From contig CAVRCF010000004.1 in assembly GCA_963719505.1 (NCBI GenBank), positions 64,001-128,000 of the forward strand: 64,000 bases of DNA, written 5' to 3'. Shown piece after piece: positions 37,859-46,480 of the stretch. A program made the position numbers and the translations under genes. A model generated the notes under the pieces. That model saw only the letters and a list, made by a program, of their open reading frames with translations. It was not told where the DNA came from and searched no databases. Source of the DNA: Halobacteriovoraceae bacterium (GTDB lineage: Bacteria > Bdellovibrionota > Bacteriovoracia > Bacteriovoracales > Bacteriovoracaceae). Position 1 is the stretch's first letter. Each line of letters begins with the position of its first letter.

Positions 37859-38849
37859 TTGCAAGTCCAAAAACTGGAATAGTAAATAGCCTCTCATTGA
37901 GGCTATTTTTTTTGATTTCTTTCTTTAAAAAGGTTTTTGGATCATTGTAACCCTCGTCGGTAAGTTTAAAAGTTCCAAAATGAATTCCTATCATCGTCTT
38001 TGTTTCCAGATCTTTGAAAGCTTCAATAGCATCAGCAGGATTCATATGGGCAGCTTTCATAAACCATCTTGGCTCGTAGGCGCCAATAGGTAAAAGAGAG
38101 ACATCTGGCGCCCCTAATTTTTCTTTGATCATTTTAAAAAATGATCCATAGCCCGTGTCTCCAGCGAAATAAATTGATCTTGATCCTTTTAGATAAAATC
38201 CTCCCCAAAGCATTTCTCTTCTATCGAAGAGTCCTCTGGCAGACCAGTGCTGAGCCGGAACAAAAGTAATTTTTAGATTTCCTTGTGAGACCTCTTGCCA
38301 CCAGTCTAAGTCTTGAGCTTTTTCGATTCCTTGTTCAGCTAAAAAATCTTTGGTTTCTAGCCCGGCTAAAATCTTTGGTTTATGCTTTTTTGCGATGATC
38401 CTTAAACTATCAAGGTCGAGATGATCATAGTGGTTGTGAGAAATAAGGACGATATCTATTAGTGGAAGGTCATCTATTGCAATTCCAGGTTTTACGACTC
38501 TCTTTGGTCCAATAAAGCTAAAAGGGGAGGCCCTTTGTGAAAAATGAGGATCAGTAAGAATATTGATATTATCGATCTGGATGAGAGCGGTTGCATGATT
38601 GATTACGGTGATCACAAGCTCATTAGATCTTTCAAAAAGTGGCTTATATTGTTTTGACTCTACTTGATCTGGCCACGGGACTGAGTTTTCTATCCCTCGA
38701 ATTTTCCACTCCAAAAGTTTAAAAAGACTTTTATCGGCAAAAGGCTCAATATTTTGGAATTGGTCTCCAATTCTTTTAGCCCCTTGATTTGCGCTCCAGG
38801 CAAGTGAGTTCACGTAAATAAGGGAAATTATTAGTAAAAGTATATTCAT
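37848..38849 (-). CDS. MBL-fold metallohydrolase (NAPE-PLD/RomA-like), secreted
   Basis: ILTDP, SHNHYDHLD, PAQHWS, FAGDTG, PIGAYEP, IHFGTF. Confidence 0.92.
   Translation of the reverse strand: MNILLLIISLIYVNSLAWSANQGAKRIGDQFQNIEPFADKSLFKLLEWKIRGIENSVPWPDQVESKQYKPLFERSNELVITVINHATALIQIDNINILTDPHFSQRASPFSFIGPKRVVKPGIAIDDLPLIDIVLISHNHYDHLDLDSLRIIAKKHKPKILAGLETKDFLAEQGIEKAQDLDWWQEVSQGNLKITFVPAQHWSARGLFDRREMLWGGFYLKGSRSIYFAGDTGYGSFFKMIKEKLGAPDVSLLPIGAYEPRWFMKAAHMNPADAIEAFKDLETKTMIGIHFGTFKLTDEGYNDPKTFLKKEIKKNSLNERLFTIPVFGLAIKI
37884..37913 (+). terminator. Rho-independent terminator of the RRM gene
   Basis: AAATAGCCTC-tcatt-GAGGCTATTT plus T run. Confidence 0.7.
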
Positions 38850-38890
38850 CAGTAGTCCTTTTTAGAGTATAATATGCCCTTGGAGGCACT

Positions 38891-39442
38891 ATGAAAAAGG
38901 TATTTCTTTTCATCATTCTATTATCAAATGCTTATTCAGCCCAGATTGAATGGCCTAAAAACAATGCTGTCGCGTATATCGCGCAAAAGACCATGTTTTT
39001 TTTCAAAGATGTTACCGTCATAGGTATAAATTCAAATATAGCCTTTAGTAAAGCCACTTTAAATGAAGGAATCATTTTGACAATGAGTATTCCAATCGCT
39101 GACTTTAAAAGCGGCGATGAGGATAGAGATGAGGAAGTGAGAGAGATTTTAAAGGTCAAAAAGAGTAAGTTCTTAATTTTTCGCTCAGTCAAAATGAGTA
39201 AAAAAGATTATCAACAAATGCTTGAAGGCGATCCCTTTTATGTCGATGGACTATTGGCGATTGGAGACAAGAATTTTCAAGTTAAATTTAGAAGTCTAAG
39301 AGAAGATCAACATATGTTATTTGACTTTGAAACGACATTTAGTAACTTTGATATAGAACCTCCAAGTGTGGCTTTTGGAGCAGTTGCTAAAGCCAAAGAT
39401 TACCTTGTACTGAAAGCAAAAATTAATATCAATGACTTCTAA
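38891..39442 (+). CDS. YceI-like secreted protein
   Basis: FKSGDEDRD, G.L.IG, F.IEPP motifs; TATAAT and SD GGAGG upstream. Confidence 0.75.
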   Translation: MKKVFLFIILLSNAYSAQIEWPKNNAVAYIAQKTMFFFKDVTVIGINSNIAFSKATLNEGIILTMSIPIADFKSGDEDRDEEVREILKVKKSKFLIFRSVKMSKKDYQQMLEGDPFYVDGLLAIGDKNFQVKFRSLREDQHMLFDFETTFSNFDIEPPSVAFGAVAKAKDYLVLKAKININDF

Positions 39443-39451
39443 AGGATGCAT

Positions 39452-39628
39452 ATGTTTGGCTTATTTAAAAAGAACCCGTTGAAAGACCTAGAAAAGCAAT
39501 ATGCGAAAAAGCTTGAGGAAGCTATGAACGCCCAAAGAAATGGTAAAATGGACGTCTATGCCAAGCTTTCCACAGAAGCGGAAGAAATTGGAAAGAAAAT
39601 GGATGAGCTAAAACTGTCTAAAAATTAG
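39452..39628 (+). CDS. DUF6435 (Lacal_2735-like) small protein
   Basis: MFGLFKK.P...L.KQY..KLEEAM.AQRNG....YA. Confidence 0.75.
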   Translation: MFGLFKKNPLKDLEKQYAKKLEEAMNAQRNGKMDVYAKLSTEAEEIGKKMDELKLSKN

Positions 39629-39629
39629 A

Positions 39630-39645
39630 CGTATCCCTGTAAAAT
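39630..39645 (+). repeat. 16-bp target site duplication of IS copy 2 (left)
   Basis: CGTATCCCTGTAAAAT, repeated at 40971-40986. Confidence 0.95.
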
Positions 39646-40970
39646 TGTTGTTTCTGGGCAATTATGTCCGGTTAATTTCTGAGCGATTATGTCCTATCAG
39701 ACTTTAAGCGCTTTTTCTGTGTTTCGACTTATCACCATAGTCACTTAATCTTTTCCTATTACTAACTTTACATTGAACTTTTCTGCCCATCACATCGAAG
39801 CTGTAGCTTCCATCAAGGTGAATATTTATATTGATTTCTCGTCCATAGAAACACCTTTTTTCATCCAACACCCAAGTCACATTCTCCCAACTAAATACAT
39901 TTCCAACCATAATTTTTCGCCTAATCTTTTTACAAAATATAATATCTAGGTCTCCAAAAACATTTTTTCTCCAGGCTTTTTCTTCTTCTTCTTCGGCTTT
40001 GACTGAGAATTGAAAATTGTATGCAGGAATAAAAATCTCTTTTAAGTAATAATTGGCTTCTTCAATATTTGTTATGTGATTAAATTCTAACTCCGCTACC
40101 AGTCTGTCTTGGAATGTTCTCCAGAGTCTCTCTATTCTTCCCTTTGCTTGAGAAGAACCTGCTAAGATTAATTGAATTCCTGTTTGATCAAATGCTCTCG
40201 AAATTTGTGATTCCCACTCGCGCTCTTTCTTACCATAAATACCTGCTTGGTCCATATAGAAACTTTCTGGCAATCCATAGTTATCAACGATCTCCCTAAT
40301 CACCTTCAGAGAGTTATTTGACGTCTCTCCATAGAAAAATTCAGCACCAACAACAATCCCGGTAGCATCATCAATTCCTCCAATCAAATCAGTTCTTTCA
40401 TCACCGAACCAAGTATGATCACTTCCATCAAACTGAATCATCATCCCTTCTTTTGGAAGTCTTGCTCTTGGTTTATGGCACCGTCTTCCTCTTCGTTTAG
40501 GATGTTTTACAAGACCATGTTTCCTAGCAATTGAGTGAAGTGCATCTTTTTTGATTTTAATTTCCTCATACTCTTCTATCTTTTCTCGAAAATGAGTTAG
40601 ATTAAAGTTTCGATATTGATTTTTTAGAAGAGAGACTATTTTTTCTTCAACTTCGAATGGAGTTTTATTGTGAGGAGTTCGATTAATGTTTCCATGTAAG
40701 ACACCAATCGAACCCTTGGCCTTAACTTTATTGATAATTCTCTGAGATTGTCGATACGATTTTCCAATCTGTTCAGAGAAGGAAATTATAGTTAACTTAC
40801 CTTCAATAACATCCATGGCCAGGCGATACTGCTTCAATTCTTTTTGTGACATAGTGACTTTTCCCATTCAATTCCCCTAATAACTGATTGGAATCAGGGT
40901 ACATAAATATTATTGAATAGGACATAATCGCTGAGAAATAAGGATAGGACATAATCGTCTAGTTTCTATA
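39646..40970 (-). mobile_element. IS1202-family (ISNCY) insertion sequence, copy 2, 1325 bp
   Basis: Reverse complement of copy 1, same length and ends, own 16-bp TSD. Confidence 0.93.
39704..40867 (-). CDS. DDE transposase (IS1202/ISNCY family)
   Basis: 387 aa, identical to copy 1 except KHGL versus KHCL. Confidence 0.95.
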   Translation of the reverse strand: MGKVTMSQKELKQYRLAMDVIEGKLTIISFSEQIGKSYRQSQRIINKVKAKGSIGVLHGNINRTPHNKTPFEVEEKIVSLLKNQYRNFNLTHFREKIEEYEEIKIKKDALHSIARKHGLVKHPKRRGRRCHKPRARLPKEGMMIQFDGSDHTWFGDERTDLIGGIDDATGIVVGAEFFYGETSNNSLKVIREIVDNYGLPESFYMDQAGIYGKKEREWESQISRAFDQTGIQLILAGSSQAKGRIERLWRTFQDRLVAELEFNHITNIEEANYYLKEIFIPAYNFQFSVKAEEEEEKAWRKNVFGDLDIIFCKKIRRKIMVGNVFSWENVTWVLDEKRCFYGREININIHLDGSYSFDVMGRKVQCKVSNRKRLSDYGDKSKHRKSA

Positions 40971-40986
40971 CGTATCCCTGTAAAAT
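40971..40986 (+). repeat. 16-bp target site duplication of IS copy 2 (right)
   Basis: Identical to 39630-39645. Confidence 0.95.
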
Positions 40987-41057
40987 TAATTTCTAAGACC
41001 AAGTCATTTAAAAACTGAGTTACTCTCTAGGGAAATAATATTTCTTGGAGAATACCT

Positions 41058-42095
41058 ATGATGTTTAAAAACAAGACCGCTTCAGCCTTAATTCTAATGT
41101 CTCTTGCCCTAACACTTCCTTCGTGTGAGATGGCAGACAATGCCGCTAAAGCTTCTGAAAACTCCGGAAAGGCGGCTAAGGCCGCAAGTGACTCAAGAGA
41201 GGAAATTGCCAATTCAAGATTAATGGCCAGATCAGGTGCCGCTTCCGCTTCGAGAAGAGAAGCCCTTGAAGGTATTATGGCGATGGATTCAATAAGTATG
41301 AAAATTACTGAGGCTTCAAAATACGTTAAATCCTTTGAGTTTCAACTCTGGACGGGTCAAAGGTACGATACTCAGGCTTATAAAGAAAGTATGTATGAAG
41401 ACGCTATGAGTGAGCTTTTTAGGTCGGTAGAGGAGCTTTATGGCAAACCTATAGCAGGGCAGGAATTATCTCCCTTTAAAGCCTTTAGTGGAGCAAAGAA
41501 CAACAACATGAATGTCTATGCTCTTGCAGTCTCAATGCACGGAGTTCATCAAGTCCAAGGTGTCTCAACAACCAATAAAGCCTATAAAGGTGAAGATTCA
41601 ATCTACGATATTATCAAAAACTCATTGAGGTCTATCAAAAAGGTAGAAAATGGGACGGAGTCTTTCAGTTCGCTCAAAGAGCATGAAATAGTCGTTTATA
41701 ATTACAAAGAGGAAGCTCTCGCTTTAATTCAGGCCCGCTATAATATGCTTCTGACAATGAATCTTGCAAAAGTGTCAGATCTTAAAAAAAGTACCGTTTC
41801 GGGTTTGAGTCTTTTGTATTTTAAAAAGTCATTTGATTCAAAAATTACGAATATCAACCTTGGTGAGCAAAAAGAAGCTAATAAGTATTTAGATGCAGCG
41901 CTTAAGGTTCAAGACTTTATGCAGGAGATTGGTGAGAGGACTATCGTCAACGATAAGATAGCAAAGATCTATTCAAAAATGAGAATTTCCCAAACTGACT
42001 CGGTCATCATCTCGGATATAACAACGATGGAACAAAGACAAAGTAACAGTAATGTTGATGAACATAAATCTTTGTTAGACAAACTTGGTTTATAG
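41058..42095 (+). CDS. Lipoprotein, hypothetical
   Basis: SD GGAG; lipobox LPSC. Confidence 0.75.
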   Translation: MMFKNKTASALILMSLALTLPSCEMADNAAKASENSGKAAKAASDSREEIANSRLMARSGAASASRREALEGIMAMDSISMKITEASKYVKSFEFQLWTGQRYDTQAYKESMYEDAMSELFRSVEELYGKPIAGQELSPFKAFSGAKNNNMNVYALAVSMHGVHQVQGVSTTNKAYKGEDSIYDIIKNSLRSIKKVENGTESFSSLKEHEIVVYNYKEEALALIQARYNMLLTMNLAKVSDLKKSTVSGLSLLYFKKSFDSKITNINLGEQKEANKYLDAALKVQDFMQEIGERTIVNDKIAKIYSKMRISQTDSVIISDITTMEQRQSNSNVDEHKSLLDKLGL

Positions 42096-42114
42096 GATAA
42101 ATATTTATAGTCTT

Positions 42115-42147
42115 AAAAAAGCTGTGACTAATCACAGCTTTTTTTTT
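42115..42147 (+). terminator. Rho-independent terminator (bidirectional shape)
   Basis: AAAAAAGCTGTGA-ctaa-TCACAGCTTTTTTTTT. Confidence 0.85.
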
Positions 42148-42155
42148 GGAATAAG

Positions 42156-42836
42156 ATGAGTTTATTTACCGCAAAAACATTTAAATACTTTGATGAGGCC
42201 AACAAAAACGCTAAATCTGAAACTTGGTTTGACGAAAACAAAGACCTGTACAATGAGCAAGTTAAAGATCCCTTTGGTGAGCTCTTAAATGTGCTTGATG
42301 CAAGGTTTGCTGATGACCTTGAAAGTATCTCAATATCACCTCGAAACCTCTCAAAGCCAAAGCGACCCAAGAACAAATGGGCTGACAAAGGAGTTAACAA
42401 AGACTTTGCCGGCTTTCTTTTAGCTCAAAAAAGATCCTCACTGTTTGAGTGGAATCCTGGTATTCATTTTCAACTTGGATCGCCGCGCGATGATAATCAT
42501 ATTGGAATGGGTCTGTACATGGTCTCTAGTCGACAAATGAAGCGGCTGCGTGAAGCTTTAGTGAATGATTTTGATTCGCTAGAGGAAATTATGGCTGATA
42601 AAAGATTTATCAGCCACTGGGGCGAAATTGTAGGGGAGAGATATAAACGTCTTCCTGCAGGACTCCCTGAGAAGCATAAGGCATTAGACTACTTTTTTTA
42701 TAAGCAATTTTATATTTCTAAAAGTTTTACGAGAACTGAGGTGAAGAAAGCCTCATTCCTGGGTGAGGTTATCGATTCAATTGATGCAGGCTTGCCTCTT
42801 CTTCGGTGGATCAGAAGATCAGTGGGAGTCCATTAA
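42156..42836 (+). CDS. DUF2461 (TIGR02453) family protein
   Basis: TFKYF...N....WF.ENK..Y...VKDPF; G..YKR.P.G. Confidence 0.75.
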   Translation: MSLFTAKTFKYFDEANKNAKSETWFDENKDLYNEQVKDPFGELLNVLDARFADDLESISISPRNLSKPKRPKNKWADKGVNKDFAGFLLAQKRSSLFEWNPGIHFQLGSPRDDNHIGMGLYMVSSRQMKRLREALVNDFDSLEEIMADKRFISHWGEIVGERYKRLPAGLPEKHKALDYFFYKQFYISKSFTRTEVKKASFLGEVIDSIDAGLPLLRWIRRSVGVH

Positions 42837-43015
42837 CTTCTGGTGATATTTAATTGAGGGCTTTCGGGGTCAGAAAAATCAACCTCGTACTCAATAGGCC
42901 TACAACAGACTTCACAGTCAATAATCATTTGCTGTTTTGTACCATCTGAAGGGTAGAACTCCATCCAAATATTTTCACCACAAAAGGGACAATTTAAGTT
43001 AAACTCGTTAATCAT
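42833..43015 (-). CDS. CPXCG motif-containing cysteine-rich protein
   Basis: CPFCGE...DCEVCCRPI. Confidence 0.9.
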   Translation of the reverse strand: MINEFNLNCPFCGENIWMEFYPSDGTKQQMIIDCEVCCRPIEYEVDFSDPESPQLNITRS

Positions 43016-43031
43016 TATGGGATTATAGCAA

Positions 43032-44345
43032 ATGAAAAAGACTTATTCTATCATTGATATTGAGACAACCGGTGGATATCGAAATGGCAATAAAATCACA
43101 GAGATTGCCATCATTAACTTCGACGGAAAACAAATCCTTGAAGAGTACTCAACCTTGATAAATCCACAGATTAATATACCCTTTACCATTACAAGGCTTA
43201 CTGGAATTACTAACGAGATGGTTGCCGATGCCCCTAAGTTTTATGAGGTTGCAAAGAAAATTGTCCAAATGACTGAGGGAAATATTTTTGTAGCCCATAA
43301 TGTCTTTTTTGATTACAACTTTATTAAACACGAGTTTAGTGAACTTGGGTTTAACTTTAAAAGAGATAAGCTTTGTACCGTGAGACTGGCAAGAAAGTTT
43401 CTTCCAGGTCATAGTAGCTACTCTCTAGGTAAAATCTGTCATGACTTGGGCATTGAAATAACGGCTAGGCACCGAGCCATGGGGGACGCCAAAGCCACGG
43501 TTGAATTATTGAAGATGATTCTTGCGAAAAAGGACTTTGGTAGTGAACAGTTTGTAGAGAGTAAGAAAATAAGTCTTCCCAAAAATGTCGATCGAAAATC
43601 TTTTGAAGCTTTGCCATCCAAACCTGGAGTTTACTACTTTTATGATTTAACAGGAAATTTGCTCTATGTTGGAAAAAGTAAAGAGATAAAGAAAAGAGTC
43701 TCGAGTCATTTTAGACCAGACATGAAGCGCAAAAAAGATATAGAACTTAAAAACGCTATAGCACATATAGACTTTACGGTGCTGGGCTCAGAGTTAGCGG
43801 CACTTCTTTTTGAAGGGAGTCAGATTAATGAATTAAAGCCAAGATTTAATACTGCTCTCAAAGGATCACACTTTCCCATAAGGGTAAGTTTATCAAAAGC
43901 CTCTGCTGTCCACGCTTTAAAAAAAAGTAGTCAAGTTAATGAGGGAAGTGAGCTTTACTCATTTAAAAACAAAAAGAATGCTCAAACGTTTATCAATAGT
44001 ATCTACCAGAGTTTTTTGAATGTTGACGAGGACTCTTTGGAGTTTGAAAATAGGAAGAATCAGTTTATAGAAAAGTTTGGAGTGGATTTGTTTAATAATT
44101 TTCTATCTTCAAATCTTAATCGTTTGATTCCTAAAAAAGATTCGTTCATGTTAAAACTCAATGGCCGCATAAGAGGTGAAGTTTGCTTTTTGATTGTTGA
44201 AAAATTTATCCCGAAAAAACTCGTTTTTTTGTCAGAAGACAAAGAAGTTGTTCCACTGAGGTCTACTCCACAGATGCAAAGATTGCTTTATAATTATATT
44301 AAAAAGTACAAGCTGAAGATTATGGATTTGGAAACTGACTTATAA
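43032..44345 (+). CDS. DEDDh 3'-5' exonuclease (DnaQ-like) fused to GIY-YIG (Cho/UvrC-like) domain
   Basis: DIETTG, AHNVFFD, HRAMGDA; LPSKPGVYYF...YVGKS...RVSSHF. Confidence 0.93.
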   Translation: MKKTYSIIDIETTGGYRNGNKITEIAIINFDGKQILEEYSTLINPQINIPFTITRLTGITNEMVADAPKFYEVAKKIVQMTEGNIFVAHNVFFDYNFIKHEFSELGFNFKRDKLCTVRLARKFLPGHSSYSLGKICHDLGIEITARHRAMGDAKATVELLKMILAKKDFGSEQFVESKKISLPKNVDRKSFEALPSKPGVYYFYDLTGNLLYVGKSKEIKKRVSSHFRPDMKRKKDIELKNAIAHIDFTVLGSELAALLFEGSQINELKPRFNTALKGSHFPIRVSLSKASAVHALKKSSQVNEGSELYSFKNKKNAQTFINSIYQSFLNVDEDSLEFENRKNQFIEKFGVDLFNNFLSSNLNRLIPKKDSFMLKLNGRIRGEVCFLIVEKFIPKKLVFLSEDKEVVPLRSTPQMQRLLYNYIKKYKLKIMDLETDL

Positions 44346-45054
44346 ATGCTTCTCTAACATTATGGGTTCCACCTAGTTGTTCAAGATTTTGGTAGAGTGT
44401 TATAAGGTAGACTCCAAGAAAAATAAAATCTGTCCTGATCTCGACCTCATGCTCCACGAAAAACTTAAAAAGTTCAGCAAAAGAGTCGTTGAAGGCATCC
44501 AATTTGAACTCGACTTGTGTTTGGTCTCCACTTCCAAAATGATTTATAAAGAGTCCTTTTAACTCTAGGACTTCTTCGTCATTGAGGTCGGTGGATAGTC
44601 CTAGATCAGACAAAGCTTTTACAAAAGTGGTATGTTCTTCGAAATAAAAGCTTTTATATAGCTCAATTAAAGCTTTTCGAAAGTCGTCTTTCATTTTGTA
44701 CCATGTACTATTTGGCTTCCAATGAACGACAGAGCCAGACTGAGAAAAATGCTGAGATCTCATATCTAGGACCAAGCCTTTTTCATTCTTCAATTGCCCA
44801 AAGTACAACTTAAGAATCTCTTGGCCTAAACTTTGGTCAACCGTACTTTGTGTACTTTTGTTCACAATTTTTAAATTCTTGCCTTCAAGATATTGCAAGG
44901 TGCCAAAAAACTTCGGCTCCAGCTCAGACTTACCAAAACGCAGAAGGAAAGGAGCTGCCTCCTTGAGAACCTCTTTGATATTGACCGATTTGAGGATTAT
45001 CGTTGGAAGATTACTGAGGATTTCTTTGAGAATTTTTGGAGCGAATAATAACAT
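44320..45054 (-). CDS. Hypothetical protein with weak resemblance to ABC1/UbiB kinase C-lobe
   Basis: 244-aa ORF; C-terminal FIFLG.YL..LY..LEQLG...NVR. Confidence 0.5.
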   Translation of the reverse strand: MLLFAPKILKEILSNLPTIILKSVNIKEVLKEAAPFLLRFGKSELEPKFFGTLQYLEGKNLKIVNKSTQSTVDQSLGQEILKLYFGQLKNEKGLVLDMRSQHFSQSGSVVHWKPNSTWYKMKDDFRKALIELYKSFYFEEHTTFVKALSDLGLSTDLNDEEVLELKGLFINHFGSGDQTQVEFKLDAFNDSFAELFKFFVEHEVEIRTDFIFLGVYLITLYQNLEQLGGTHNVREAFISQFPNP

Positions 45055-45118
45055 GGTCCTAATCTAAAGTAATTCGGAATCATTGTCCAATTGGATTTAG
45101 ATCTGATACTTTAACTCT

Positions 45119-46480
45119 ATGAAAACAATCGCAATTGCTGGAGCCTCAGGGTTCGTGGGCAGAAAAGTTATTCAAGAAATACTCAATCGAAGCGATGACA
45201 AGATCATCGCTCTTTCCAGGTCTCATAGAGAATCTACCCAAAGAGTTTCTTGGAAAAAATGTGATTTATTTTCACGTAAGGAAATAGAGGCTTCAATCAA
45301 AGGGGCTGATGTACTTATTTATCTTGTTCACAGTATGGAGCCTAGTGCCAGGCTAGATCAAGCGCGCTTTGATGACTACGATCTGTTTTTGGCCGACAAC
45401 TTTGGACGAATCGCTGAGAAGTTGGGAATTAAGAAATTCATTTACTTGGGAGGAATTATTCCCAGTGGTATTGAGTTATCAAAACATCTCGAGTCAAGAC
45501 TTGAAGTTGAATACGCTCTTAGAGAATACATTCCCAATTACGTCTGTTTAAGAGCAGGTTTGGTTTTAGGAAGTGGTGGAAGTTCTTATAATATACTCAT
45601 CAATCTTGTGAAAAGACTCCCTGTTCTTATTTGCCCTAAATGGTCTTTAAACGAAACCAGCCCAGTTCACGTCTCACAAGTTGTTGAATCTATTCTCTTT
45701 GCCTTTAACAGTGATAGCGTAAATAAATCAGTCATTAATCTCACATCAAAAGATAAGGTCTCATACTTTGATCTTTTGAAAAAAACGGCCGGTTTTTTAA
45801 ATAAGAAAAGAAAATTTATAAAGATTAATATTCCCATACTGACCATATCAAGGTTTTGGGTTTCTCTTTTTTCTGGAGCATCGAGAAGGCTAGTATATCC
45901 TTTGCTTGAATCTCTTAGGCATCCGATGCTTGTGAGCGAAAGAAATAAAGGTTTAGGTGTCAAGATTTACACTGTAGATGAGGCATTGAAAAAAACTGTT
46001 GAGGAGGGTGAAGACAAACCCTATAAGTTTAAAAGTGGAACGAATCACGAAAGCTTTGTGCGATCAGTACAGCGAGCGAGACTACCAGGTGCTTTAACTG
46101 CAAAAGATGCAGCCCATGAGTATATGGTTTGGTTGCCTCGGTTTTTATTTCCTTTTGTTATTGTTGTGGTGGATGGTCCGTGGATTACTTTTTCAGTTAT
46201 TGTCCCTCAACTAAAGATTTTAATTTTAAAAAGAAGGCAAGAATCTACCAGTGATCTCCAATCTTTTCGAATCAAAGGTGGTTTGTTGGCCCTTAAGCAC
46301 GACAAAGGACGTCTTGAATTCAGAGAGGTTTTGGATGGGAAGTATCTTTTGATGTCTATCCATGACTTTTATCCTTCGCTTCCTTGGTATATTTATCGTT
46401 ACTCTCAAGCTGTGATGCACTTGTTTGTGATGAATTCATTTAAAAATTATCTATCTCGATTAGGAGCTAAGCATGACTAA
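45119..46480 (+). CDS. NAD(P)-binding atypical SDR/epimerase (YbjT-like) with C-terminal domain
   Basis: GASGFVG, YLVHSM, IYLGG, SKHLESRLEVE, RAG.V.G.GGSSY. Confidence 0.85.
   Translation: MKTIAIAGASGFVGRKVIQEILNRSDDKIIALSRSHRESTQRVSWKKCDLFSRKEIEASIKGADVLIYLVHSMEPSARLDQARFDDYDLFLADNFGRIAEKLGIKKFIYLGGIIPSGIELSKHLESRLEVEYALREYIPNYVCLRAGLVLGSGGSSYNILINLVKRLPVLICPKWSLNETSPVHVSQVVESILFAFNSDSVNKSVINLTSKDKVSYFDLLKKTAGFLNKKRKFIKINIPILTISRFWVSLFSGASRRLVYPLLESLRHPMLVSERNKGLGVKIYTVDEALKKTVEEGEDKPYKFKSGTNHESFVRSVQRARLPGALTAKDAAHEYMVWLPRFLFPFVIVVVDGPWITFSVIVPQLKILILKRRQESTSDLQSFRIKGGLLALKHDKGRLEFREVLDGKYLLMSIHDFYPSLPWYIYRYSQAVMHLFVMNSFKNYLSRLGAKHD

Noticed and set aside
39616-39645. IS target being a XerCD dif/pdif site
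   Set aside because: No TTATGTTAAAT-like XerD arm or 11-6-11 layout; the TSD is 16 bp rather than about 5 bp.
24092-40970. Composite transposon or IS-mediated inversion of the 14-kb segment between the inverted IS copies
   Set aside because: Each copy is flanked by its own matching 16-bp duplication, indicating independent insertions and no net recombination between them.
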